A DNA stretch of 64,000 nucleotides from Synergistales bacterium. GTDB lineage: Bacteria; Synergistota; Synergistia; Synergistales; JAFGMB01. This document shows, in pieces, positions 17,796 through 26,173 of the stretch. The DNA is taken from contig OY762654.1 in NCBI GenBank assembly GCA_963666205.1, forward strand, positions 2,496,001 to 2,560,000, given 5' to 3'. The notes beneath the pieces were generated by a model. It made no database searches, was not told the DNA's origin, and was given only the letters and a program-made list of their open reading frames with translations. A program made the translations under genes and the position numbers. Position 1 is the first letter of the stretch, and each line of letters begins with the position of its first letter.

Positions 17796-19647
17796 CCGAG
17801 CGATATTACTTGGAAATGAGGCGATCGCCCGCGGAATAGTGGAGGCGGGCTGTCTTGTTGCGACGGCCTATCCGGGGACGCCGTCATCGGAGATACTTCC
17901 AGCGGTTGCGAAGTTTGCAGATGAACTGGGTACGAAGACAGCAGTTGAATGGGGAGCCAACGAGAAGGTAGCCTTCGAGATGGCAGCATCTGCGTCTTTC
18001 ACCGGGATAAGGACCTGTGCAGTGATGAAACAGGTAGGGCTCAACGTGGCAGCAGATCCATTCATGAGTGCCGCCCACTTTGACCTTAAGGGCGGAATGC
18101 TGCTTGTGGTGGCGGATGATCCCGGCCCCCACAGTTCCCAGACCGAACAGGATACCCGTTTCTTTGCCATGTTTGCCAAGGTGCCCTGTTTCGACCCGTC
18201 AACGGCAGCAGAGGCGAAGGAGATGGTATTTGACGGGTTTGACCTCTCGGAGAAGCACAACATAATAACCATACTTCGCCCCAGTGTACGTGTTGACCAT
18301 TGCCGGCAGGACGTGGAGCTCAAGGAAGTCATATCAGTTGATAATAAAATGAACTTCGAAAAGGACCCCTCCAGATGGGTCTGCCTACCCGCAAGGGTGA
18401 GGGTGAACCATCCCAGGCTGAACGCAAAGCTTGAAGCCATAAGGGAAGACTTTGAGAGTAGCTACAGTAAGTATAACTATGAAGTTCCCTCGAAGGGAAA
18501 GGCAGAACTTGGTATCATCGCGTCCGGAGTATCCTTCTCTATAGTAATGGACATTCTCAAATCCTGGGGCAGGGAAGACATCTCCGTCCTCAAGATAGGC
18601 ACCCCCCATCCATTGCCCCTCAGGATGGTGGATGAGTTCGTAAAAAGACATGAAAACGTGGTTGTCATTGAGGAAACATATCCCGTAGTTGAAATGCAGA
18701 TCCCCGACAGGACAAAGGTCAAGGGAAGATGGAACGGATATGTCCCGAAAGCAGGGGAACTTCTTCCAGAAGTAATCGAGGAGATAATCCTTAAATGTCT
18801 GGGAGAGAAAGCAGCAGCAGGGGGAGCGGATCCGGATCTCAAGGCAGCCCTAGAGGACCTGGCCATAACGCCCCGCAAGCCCATGCTCTGCCCCGGCTGT
18901 CCCCACAGGGCCAGTTTCTTCTCCATCCGCCAGGCCCTTCCCAAGGCGGTAAATCCCTCTGACATAGGCTGTTACACCCTTGGAGTTAACCAGAAGGGAG
19001 TAGACGCCGTAATGGACATGGGAGGATCTGTGACCATGGCATCCGGATTCTACCTTGCCCATAAAGTGGCAGGTGAAGACCGTCCCATAGTGACCACCAT
19101 AGGTGATTCCACCTTCTTCCACATGGGACTGCCCGGCCTGGCAAGTGCCGTCTACAATAAACATGCCTTTGTTCTGGCTATTCTCGACAACAGCATAACC
19201 GCCATGACGGGAGGCCAGTCCCATCCCGGAATAGGAGCCAAGCTCCGCAAGGGAGAAGAGGGACGGGTAGTGGAGATAGAGGGAGCCTGCAGAGGTTGTG
19301 GAGTTAAATATATAAAGGTTATCAAAGCCTACGACATAGAAGAAGGCAAGGAGACCGTAAAGGAAGCCTGGGAATATGCGAAGGAACATGAAGAGCCTGC
19401 AGTGGTGATATTCAAACACCCCTGCATGCTTCTGAGAAGACCCCAGGAGAAAATACAGGTTTATGTGGATCCGGAGAAATGCATAGGCTGTAAATTCTGC
19501 ATCAACTTCTTCAACTGTCCCGGTCTTGTCTTCGATGAAGAGAAGAAGAAGGCTTACATAGATGAACGTTTCTGTGTGCAGTGCGGAGTATGTGAGAACG
19601 TATGTCCCCACGGGGCTATCCTCAAGGTAGAAGGGGAGGAGGCATAG
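17788..19647 (+). CDS. iorA: Indolepyruvate:ferredoxin oxidoreductase alpha subunit, copy 2
   Basis: Protein identical to 13841-15700. Confidence 0.93.
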   Translation: MSNRAILLGNEAIARGIVEAGCLVATAYPGTPSSEILPAVAKFADELGTKTAVEWGANEKVAFEMAASASFTGIRTCAVMKQVGLNVAADPFMSAAHFDLKGGMLLVVADDPGPHSSQTEQDTRFFAMFAKVPCFDPSTAAEAKEMVFDGFDLSEKHNIITILRPSVRVDHCRQDVELKEVISVDNKMNFEKDPSRWVCLPARVRVNHPRLNAKLEAIREDFESSYSKYNYEVPSKGKAELGIIASGVSFSIVMDILKSWGREDISVLKIGTPHPLPLRMVDEFVKRHENVVVIEETYPVVEMQIPDRTKVKGRWNGYVPKAGELLPEVIEEIILKCLGEKAAAGGADPDLKAALEDLAITPRKPMLCPGCPHRASFFSIRQALPKAVNPSDIGCYTLGVNQKGVDAVMDMGGSVTMASGFYLAHKVAGEDRPIVTTIGDSTFFHMGLPGLASAVYNKHAFVLAILDNSITAMTGGQSHPGIGAKLRKGEEGRVVEIEGACRGCGVKYIKVIKAYDIEEGKETVKEAWEYAKEHEEPAVVIFKHPCMLLRRPQEKIQVYVDPEKCIGCKFCINFFNCPGLVFDEEKKKAYIDERFCVQCGVCENVCPHGAILKVEGEEA

Positions 19648-19650
19648 AAC

Positions 19651-20208
19651 ATGCAGTACGTAATAGTAGGGATCGGAGGGCAGGGTATCCTTTTTTCCAG
19701 CAAGGTCCTGGGCAAGGTGGCCCTTTCCAGAAACGAGAACGTGATGGGCAGTGAAGTACACGGCATGGCCCAGAGGGGCGGATCCGTCATAAGCCATTTC
19801 AAGGTGGGAGATTACAGAAGCCCCCTGGTCAAGAGCGGTGATGCAGATGTGCTTCTTGCCTTCGACCAGAATGAGGCGGTAAGGAATCTTCATTTTCTGA
19901 AAGACGGAGGCAGTCTCGTGGTCAATATATTTGACGAAGAGGCCTTCAGGAACGAACATCTCTCCAGCTACCTGGAGAAGCACAGTATAAAGGTTCATAC
20001 AATTATGGGTTATGAAATTCTCAAGGAACATATGGGAGGGAACTTTCTTTTCCTCAACGTTCTTATCCTGGGAGCTCTCTGCGGAGCAGAGCTGGGAGAC
20101 ATAACCATGGAAGATGTAAAAGGTGCAATAGAGCAGCTTGCACCGGCTAAATTCAAGGACGCCAACCTTAAAGTCGTAGATCTTGGATATCAGGCCCTTA
20201 AGAGTTAG
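19651..20208 (+). CDS. iorB: Indolepyruvate:ferredoxin oxidoreductase beta subunit, copy 2
   Basis: Protein identical to 15704-16261. Confidence 0.92.
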   Translation: MQYVIVGIGGQGILFSSKVLGKVALSRNENVMGSEVHGMAQRGGSVISHFKVGDYRSPLVKSGDADVLLAFDQNEAVRNLHFLKDGGSLVVNIFDEEAFRNEHLSSYLEKHSIKVHTIMGYEILKEHMGGNFLFLNVLILGALCGAELGDITMEDVKGAIEQLAPAKFKDANLKVVDLGYQALKS

Positions 20209-20734
20209 TCATAATGTAACTTTCAGGGGGAGCCGTAAAGGGCTCCCCCTTTCCTATTGCAGGAAAGCCTTTACCCTGGTCGAAACGTTACTAGTTCTTT
20301 CTATCATCACATCTATGGTTGGCGTCCTTCTTCTTTCAGCGCATTCTTCATGGTTGGAACCAGGTAATGAAAAGGCAGTTGCCAGGGAGGCAGAATATTT
20401 CTCCAGATGGGTGGACAATATTGTTTTAAAGGCCTGTCTGAACAAACGTTCTTTCCAATTCATTTATTTACCCTGTTCTACACCTGTTTCAAAGATCTAT
20501 GTAAAATGGCCTTATAACAACAGTATGGAAGTTTATGATTCAGAGGGAAAGTGTTATTTTACAGTGAGAGGAAGCAGTGTTACACAGGCTACATACAGTC
20601 CACAGTGGCACACCATCTCTCCAGGGTTTACCCTTAAGGCAGTGGTGTCTCCTTCAAAGACCGGGGCAGTCAAGTATGTAAGGATATCGCCATACTCTCT
20701 GGTCTCTGTGACTGATGATCCGCCCCTTTACTGA
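20183..20734 (+). CDS. Type IV (pseudo)pilin-like protein; start uncertain
   Basis: Class III signal RKA|FTLVE (Glu+5) plus a hydrophobic helix from 20270. The only upstream in-frame start is TTG 20183, inside iorB. Confidence 0.7.
   Translation: MDIRPLRVSHNVTFRGSRKGLPLSYCRKAFTLVETLLVLSIITSMVGVLLLSAHSSWLEPGNEKAVAREAEYFSRWVDNIVLKACLNKRSFQFIYLPCSTPVSKIYVKWPYNNSMEVYDSEGKCYFTVRGSSVTQATYSPQWHTISPGFTLKAVVSPSKTGAVKYVRISPYSLVSVTDDPPLY
20225..20252 (+). terminator. iorB terminator, copy 2 (loop GTAAAG)
   Basis: AGGGGGAGCC-GTAAAG-GGCTCCCCCT followed by TT. Confidence 0.7.
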
Positions 20735-20845
20735 TTGCAGTTTTCAAATGTAAAGTGTATAACTTATAAAGTTTAATTCACAATTCTCTGATAAGATTAA
20801 TTAATGACGGATATATCTGCAGAGTTTCTGAAGGGAGTTTTATTA

Positions 20846-21367
20846 ATGGCAGCAACTGTTGCAAAGCCATGGTGGCGTGAGACTATAGAGACTGTTCTGT
20901 GGGCTCTGGTAATAGCTCTGATATTACGGACTTTTGTGATACAGGCATTCTGGATCCCAAGCAGATCCATGGTCCCAACCCTGCAGGTAAATGACAGGGT
21001 TCTGGTGGCCAAATTCTGGTACCATGTCCAGCCACCAGAAAGAGGGCAGATATTTGTTTTCAAGTATCCTGTTGATCCCAAGAGGGATTTTGTAAAACGG
21101 ATCATAGGTCTTCCTGGAGATACTCTCGCCATAAAGGATGGAATTGTTTATATCAACAATGAACCTATTCCGGAGGAGTATGTTAAATTCCATGATTCTT
21201 ATTCTATGGATCCAATTGATATTCCTGAAGACAGCTTTTTTGCGATGGGCGATAACCGGCCTAATTCGGCAGATAGCCGTTTCTGGGGATTTGTTCCGAA
21301 AAAAAATATTCGGGGTCCCGTATTTTTTCGATATTGGCCTTTGAACAGGATAGGTATGGTGGAATAG
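20846..21367 (+). CDS. lepB: Signal peptidase I
   Basis: IPSRSMVPTL, FVKRIIGLPGD, MGDNRPNSADSRFWG. Start placed at ATG 20846 after AAGGGAG. Confidence 0.93.
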   Translation: MAATVAKPWWRETIETVLWALVIALILRTFVIQAFWIPSRSMVPTLQVNDRVLVAKFWYHVQPPERGQIFVFKYPVDPKRDFVKRIIGLPGDTLAIKDGIVYINNEPIPEEYVKFHDSYSMDPIDIPEDSFFAMGDNRPNSADSRFWGFVPKKNIRGPVFFRYWPLNRIGMVE

Positions 21368-21368
21368 T

Positions 21369-22226
21369 TTGTCCAGAACTGTCTGGTACCCCGGCCATAT
21401 GGCTAAAGGTAAAAGAAAACTGGAAGAGCTGGCCGGTAAACTGGATCTGATCATTGAAGTTAGAGATGCAAGAGCTCCAGGGGTGACTTCCTCTCCTATG
21501 ATAGGACAGTTATCTCGGATAAAGCCCGTATGGTACATTCTCTCCAAAAGTGATCTTGCAGATGAGGATAGCACCCGAGAATGGATTTCTTTCCTGAGGA
21601 AGAAAAAACAGAAGGTGTGGGCCTGTGATCTTCTTAAAGGCAGGATCGATGTGGTCAAAAAAGCAATACTTGAAAAAAAACCATCTCACCGGGAGATACG
21701 ACTGGCAGTAGTTGGTATTCCTAATGTTGGGAAATCCATTTTCCTGAATCTTCTGGTAGGTAAAAAATCAGCACCGGTTGGAGGAATTCCCGGCATTACA
21801 AGGGGTGTTTCCTGGTATAAGGGACAGGGGTTTCTGGTTGTGGATTCTCCTGGTATTCTGGATCCGAAATCGGGTGATATGGTCCATAAGTGTCTGGCGT
21901 GGCTCGGGTCAAGTAAAGTTGACGTTATTGGGGGTTATGACCTTCTGGGCATGGAACTTCTGGATTATATAAAAATCAAAGGATTGTGGCCAATGATTGA
22001 ACGGTCATGGAATATCCCCTTTCAGCAGGAGGACACTCTGGTTTCCCTGGAAAGGGTGGGAAGAAGGCTGGGATGCCTTGTTTCAGGAGGAGAGGTTAAC
22101 CTTGAAATGGCTGGCAGACGCCTGATAGATTCTTTCAGTACGGGAAAACTCGGCAGGCTGACCCTGGAACTTCCAGGCGAAACCAATATCTGGGATGAAG
22201 AAGATCATGATAGCCGGAGTCGATGA
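21369..22226 (+). CDS. rbgA: Ribosome biogenesis GTPase RbgA/YlqF
   Basis: WYPGHMAK, DARAP, GIPNVGKS, DSPG. Confidence 0.93.
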   Translation: MSRTVWYPGHMAKGKRKLEELAGKLDLIIEVRDARAPGVTSSPMIGQLSRIKPVWYILSKSDLADEDSTREWISFLRKKKQKVWACDLLKGRIDVVKKAILEKKPSHREIRLAVVGIPNVGKSIFLNLLVGKKSAPVGGIPGITRGVSWYKGQGFLVVDSPGILDPKSGDMVHKCLAWLGSSKVDVIGGYDLLGMELLDYIKIKGLWPMIERSWNIPFQQEDTLVSLERVGRRLGCLVSGGEVNLEMAGRRLIDSFSTGKLGRLTLELPGETNIWDEEDHDSRSR

Positions 22227-22770
22227 AGCAGGGCGAGGCCCTCTCGCCGGACCTGTTGTTGCTGCTGCCGTTGTTTTAACTGAAATACAGAAAAAAACCC
22301 TTCAGAATATGGGGTTGACTGATTCAAAAAAATTATCCCCGAAAAAAAGAGAGAAAATCATGGCAGCCATGCTTGATATGGGTGTTGTGTGGAGAGCACA
22401 GGCTGCTTCAAATTTCAGGATAGACAGGATGAATATCCTGCAGGCATCACTCTGGGCCATGGGAAAGGCTGTTGACGGCCTTCCCTGTATTTTTTCCAGG
22501 GTGATCGTTGATGGAACTTTTGAAATTCCGCATCTCCCTTTTGCTCAGGAGGCTCTTCCCAGGGCAGATCTTCTGGTCCCGGAAGTGGCTGCTGCCTCTG
22601 TCTTTGCAAAGGTATTAAGGGATCGTGTCATGGTGGTTCTTGACAGGTTGTATCCCGGGTACGGTTTTGCCAAACACAAGGGATATCCTACTAAAGATCA
22701 TACGGAAGCCCTTGCAAGACTGGGAGTTTCCTCTGTGCACAGGTTATCCTTTTCCTGGAAAAAACAGTAA
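22195..22770 (+). CDS. rnhB: Ribonuclease HII
   Basis: GVDEAGRGPLAGPV, DSKKL, AAASVFAKVLRD, HKGYPT. Confidence 0.95.
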   Translation: MKKIMIAGVDEAGRGPLAGPVVAAAVVLTEIQKKTLQNMGLTDSKKLSPKKREKIMAAMLDMGVVWRAQAASNFRIDRMNILQASLWAMGKAVDGLPCIFSRVIVDGTFEIPHLPFAQEALPRADLLVPEVAAASVFAKVLRDRVMVVLDRLYPGYGFAKHKGYPTKDHTEALARLGVSSVHRLSFSWKKQ

Positions 22771-22887
22771 AAGACTTTAGAACTGTTTCAAGAAGAAGTT
22801 TTAAGAGGACTCGGAATTTAACAGGTTCCTCTCCCCATTTTTCTGTTCAAAAGGGTAAATGAATTCTTTTCATCGAGGTGGATTCGC

Positions 22888-23256
22888 ATGGCCGATCATC
22901 TTTTACTTGGTAAGTGGGGAGAAGATCTTGCCGAAAAGAAGTTAAAGGAACAGGGGTGGAAGATCCTCGGGAGAAATATTTCCTTTAAAGGCGGAGAACT
23001 TGACATCGTAGCGAGAGATAAGAAGGAACTCGTGATTGTGGAAGTGCGGACCCGTACCTTTGGGAAAATAATGCCTCCCGAGTGTTCTGTGGGCCCGGAT
23101 AAATTGAGAAAACTTGTCCGGACCGGTCAGTATTATGTCCTCAAGAACAAATGGGAAGGGCCATGGAGAATTGATCTTATAGCGATCACGGTAGAAGAAA
23201 ATGAAAATGTGAGGATCGAACATTTCCCCGACATTACATACGGAGGTGCCTACTGA
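22888..23256 (+). CDS. yraN: YraN family nuclease
   Basis: GKWGED, GELDIVA, VEVRTR, RIDLIAI. Confidence 0.9.
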   Translation: MADHLLLGKWGEDLAEKKLKEQGWKILGRNISFKGGELDIVARDKKELVIVEVRTRTFGKIMPPECSVGPDKLRKLVRTGQYYVLKNKWEGPWRIDLIAITVEENENVRIEHFPDITYGGAY

Positions 23257-24758
23257 TGAACGCTGTTCTAGGGGTAACGTTAAAAGGCGTTGATGCCATA
23301 AAGGTTGAAGTTGAGGTTGAAATAACAGGCGGTCTATTTGCAATTTCAATAGTTGGCCTTCCGGATGCTGCAGTTAGGGAATCAAAGGAGAGGGTTCGTG
23401 CTGCACTGAGAACCATGGGTATCCCCATTCGTGGAAGAGTTGCTGTTAATCTGGCTCCTGCCGACCTTCCCAAGGAAGGTGCCCTTCTAGACCTTCCAAT
23501 TGCAGTAGGGATGGCAAAAAGCACAGGGGCCCTCAGTTTTTCAAGACCCTCTGTCTTTATGGGAGAACTTGCCCTTGACGGAAGGTTGCGTGCAGTCAGG
23601 GGAGCGGTTCCTGCAGCCATAATGGCAAGAGAAAAGGGACTGGACCTTTTCATTCCTGAAGGCAATGCCCATGAAGTGTCGCTGGTACATGGAGTGAATG
23701 CCTTTAAAGTTCCGGACCTGAGGTCTCTTATCGATTATTTTCGTGGTGATGTAGAACTTCAGAGAGTCAAGAATGACTTTAAGGCTGAGAAACAGAAAAA
23801 AATAGAACCGGATTTTTCTGATATCAAGGGTCAGGCTGCTGCAAAGAGAGCTCTTGAAATCGCAGCAGCGGGTCATCATAACGTTCTGCTTATCGGTTCG
23901 CCCGGAAGTGGGAAAACCCTTCTTGCCCGGGCTCTTCGAGGCATATTGCCACCCCTGTCAGATGAAGAACTGATGGAAGTAATGTTAGTCAGGAGTACGG
24001 TTGGTATCAGATGCAGTAAAGGAAGGGAGCGCCCCTTTCGACCCATCCACCATACCGCCAGTGCAGTGGCTATTTGTGGTGGAGGTACAAATCTGAGGCC
24101 TGGCGAGATCAGTCTTGCTCATAGAGGAGTTCTTTTCCTGGATGAGTTCACAGAGTTCAGAAGAGACCTTCTTGAATCGTTGAGACAACCCCTTGAAGAT
24201 GGAGAGATAGTGGTAAGCCGCTCTGCAGGTTCTGTGACCTACCCTGCACAGGTCCTCCTGGCAGTAGCCTGTAATCCCTGTCCGTGTGGATGGTTTGGAG
24301 ATCCGGTGGAACAGTGCAGATGTTCCTCCAATGAGATAGAGAGGTATCAGAAAAAACTCTCGGGTCCGATCCTTGACCGTATTGATCTATATGTTCCCGT
24401 GCCCAGACTTACTCCTGAAGAACTATTGAGCCTTGAAGGGAAATGTGGAGAAAACAGTGAGACTATAAGGGAAAGGGTATGCAGGGCAAGGTCCCTTCAG
24501 TTAGAAAGGTGGTCCGATATCGGATCAGGCTCAAATTCTGAACTTCCGGAAAAGATCCTGAGGACCCGCCTCGGTCTTTCACGGGATGCAAGGTCTTTTC
24601 TTGGAAGTGTAGCTGGTACACTGAAGCTCTCAGGAAGAGGTATCAGTAGAGTTCTCAAAGTGTCCCGTACCATCGCTGATCTGGATAGTGCTGTGGAAAT
24701 CTCAACAGCCCATATATCCGAAGCCCTGGCTTACAGGCAGACTGGATTTCTTTCATGA
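23256..24758 (+). CDS. comM: ComM/YifB Mg-chelatase-like AAA+ helicase
   Basis: IVGLPD..VRES, NLAPADLPKEG, GSPGSGKT, PGEISLAHRGVLFLDE, NPCPCG. Confidence 0.93.
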   Translation: MNAVLGVTLKGVDAIKVEVEVEITGGLFAISIVGLPDAAVRESKERVRAALRTMGIPIRGRVAVNLAPADLPKEGALLDLPIAVGMAKSTGALSFSRPSVFMGELALDGRLRAVRGAVPAAIMAREKGLDLFIPEGNAHEVSLVHGVNAFKVPDLRSLIDYFRGDVELQRVKNDFKAEKQKKIEPDFSDIKGQAAAKRALEIAAAGHHNVLLIGSPGSGKTLLARALRGILPPLSDEELMEVMLVRSTVGIRCSKGRERPFRPIHHTASAVAICGGGTNLRPGEISLAHRGVLFLDEFTEFRRDLLESLRQPLEDGEIVVSRSAGSVTYPAQVLLAVACNPCPCGWFGDPVEQCRCSSNEIERYQKKLSGPILDRIDLYVPVPRLTPEELLSLEGKCGENSETIRERVCRARSLQLERWSDIGSGSNSELPEKILRTRLGLSRDARSFLGSVAGTLKLSGRGISRVLKVSRTIADLDSAVEISTAHISEALAYRQTGFLS

Positions 24759-25861
24759 AAAGAGAAGGACTTGCACTTTTACTTCTCAATGCATGTGAAA
24801 GTCTGGATAAGAGGATTCTGGATATCCTGGAAAATGAAGAGGTAAGTCTTGACAGTTTCTGGGAAGAAGGACCTGATCTGTGGAAAAAGCTTCCATTAAG
24901 TGACAATATCAGATCTAAACTGATTCAATTAAAGAATGATGGCTGGGTTGAAGCAGAATGCGAAAGATGCGGCCTCCTTGGTATAAAGGTGTTAACTATC
25001 CTTGATGATCTTTATCCTGAAAGGCTCAGGGAAACTCCATGGGCTCCATTGATCCTTTATGTAAAGGGACAGTGGCCTCTCTCGGGTTCCTTTGTTGGTG
25101 TTGTGGGAACCCGGAGATGTTCTTCATATGCATTTCGAGTAGCCCATTCCCTTGGAGCAGAACTTGCTCGCTCTGGTGTGATCCCCGTTAGCGGGGGAGC
25201 AAAGGGAATAGATGGCGCAGTACATTCAGGCGCTATTGATTCCAATGGTCCTACTGTCGCGATCCTTGGAACAGGGGTGGATAAAGTATATCCGAGAGGG
25301 CATGAAAGACTATTTGATAATATAACCGGGGAAGGTTGCTTATTGAGTGAATATCCCCTTGGTACAGGTCCTTCCAACTGGAGGTTCCCAAAAAGAAACA
25401 GGATCATTTCTGCCATTTCTGAAAAACTTGTAGTAGTAGAGGCGCCTGTAAAAAGTGGTGCCATGATCACGGCCAGATATGCCATGGAACTCGGTCGTGA
25501 AGTCTGGGCAGTACCTGGTCGTATTGATGAGAATGTAGCCAGGGGATCCAATGGATTGATCTATGATGGAGCTTATCCCCTTGTTGAAATAAAATATTTC
25601 ATGGATTCATTATCCGGGGGGCAGCTTGACTTTTTTCCTGAGGGCAATTCTGGCATGAACATAACCGGTATGAGCGATGATCAGGTTCGAATAATCTATC
25701 TGCTACGTGAAAAAGGAGAGCGCACAGTTGACAACATCGTATCTGAATGTAAAATGAGCGCCGCTGAGGTTTTAAATTCTCTGGGGCTTCTGCTTGCGAG
25801 GGGGGATGTTTATCCTTCCGGTCCCGGGAGATGGAGTGCCTCATTAAAAAATAAATTTTAA
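24755..25861 (+). CDS. dprA: DNA-processing protein DprA
   Basis: VVGTRRCS, SGGAKGIDGAVH, FPKRNRIISA, VVEAPVKSGAMITA, AVPG. Confidence 0.95.
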   Translation: MKREGLALLLLNACESLDKRILDILENEEVSLDSFWEEGPDLWKKLPLSDNIRSKLIQLKNDGWVEAECERCGLLGIKVLTILDDLYPERLRETPWAPLILYVKGQWPLSGSFVGVVGTRRCSSYAFRVAHSLGAELARSGVIPVSGGAKGIDGAVHSGAIDSNGPTVAILGTGVDKVYPRGHERLFDNITGEGCLLSEYPLGTGPSNWRFPKRNRIISAISEKLVVVEAPVKSGAMITARYAMELGREVWAVPGRIDENVARGSNGLIYDGAYPLVEIKYFMDSLSGGQLDFFPEGNSGMNITGMSDDQVRIIYLLREKGERTVDNIVSECKMSAAEVLNSLGLLLARGDVYPSGPGRWSASLKNKF

Positions 25862-25871
25862 ATCCTTATTA

Positions 25872-26162
25872 ATGAGAGGAATAGTAATCATGGTGCCAAG
25901 GATAATGCATGATCTTGAAAGACAGTATCTTACCCTTGATGCGCAGGGTATCATATACACGGCTCTTCTGGAAGAAGAGATCTCACAGGAAGTTGCCGAA
26001 ATAGTGATCAACGAGGCTGTTAATATTGGACAATTGAAGCACGCGAAGGTAGACGGAGACCTTATGAGAGATCTTATATTTCTTATAGAGGCTGAAAAAA
26101 GTGGAGGGAACAGTGATTTTTTCCCCAACCAGGGTTCCGGAATGAATAGACCTGTTTGTTAG
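25872..26162 (+). CDS. Short Smg/DUF494-like protein
   Basis: Lies between dprA and topA. RIMHDLERQYLTLDAQG resembles the Smg C-terminal half. Confidence 0.55.
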   Translation: MRGIVIMVPRIMHDLERQYLTLDAQGIIYTALLEEEISQEVAEIVINEAVNIGQLKHAKVDGDLMRDLIFLIEAEKSGGNSDFFPNQGSGMNRPVC

Positions 26163-26173
26163 GGAGGATCCAG

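Larger units (their letters stand above)
17769..20261 (+). repeat. 2,493-bp direct repeat, copy 2
   Basis: See copy 1 (13822-16314). Confidence 0.93.
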
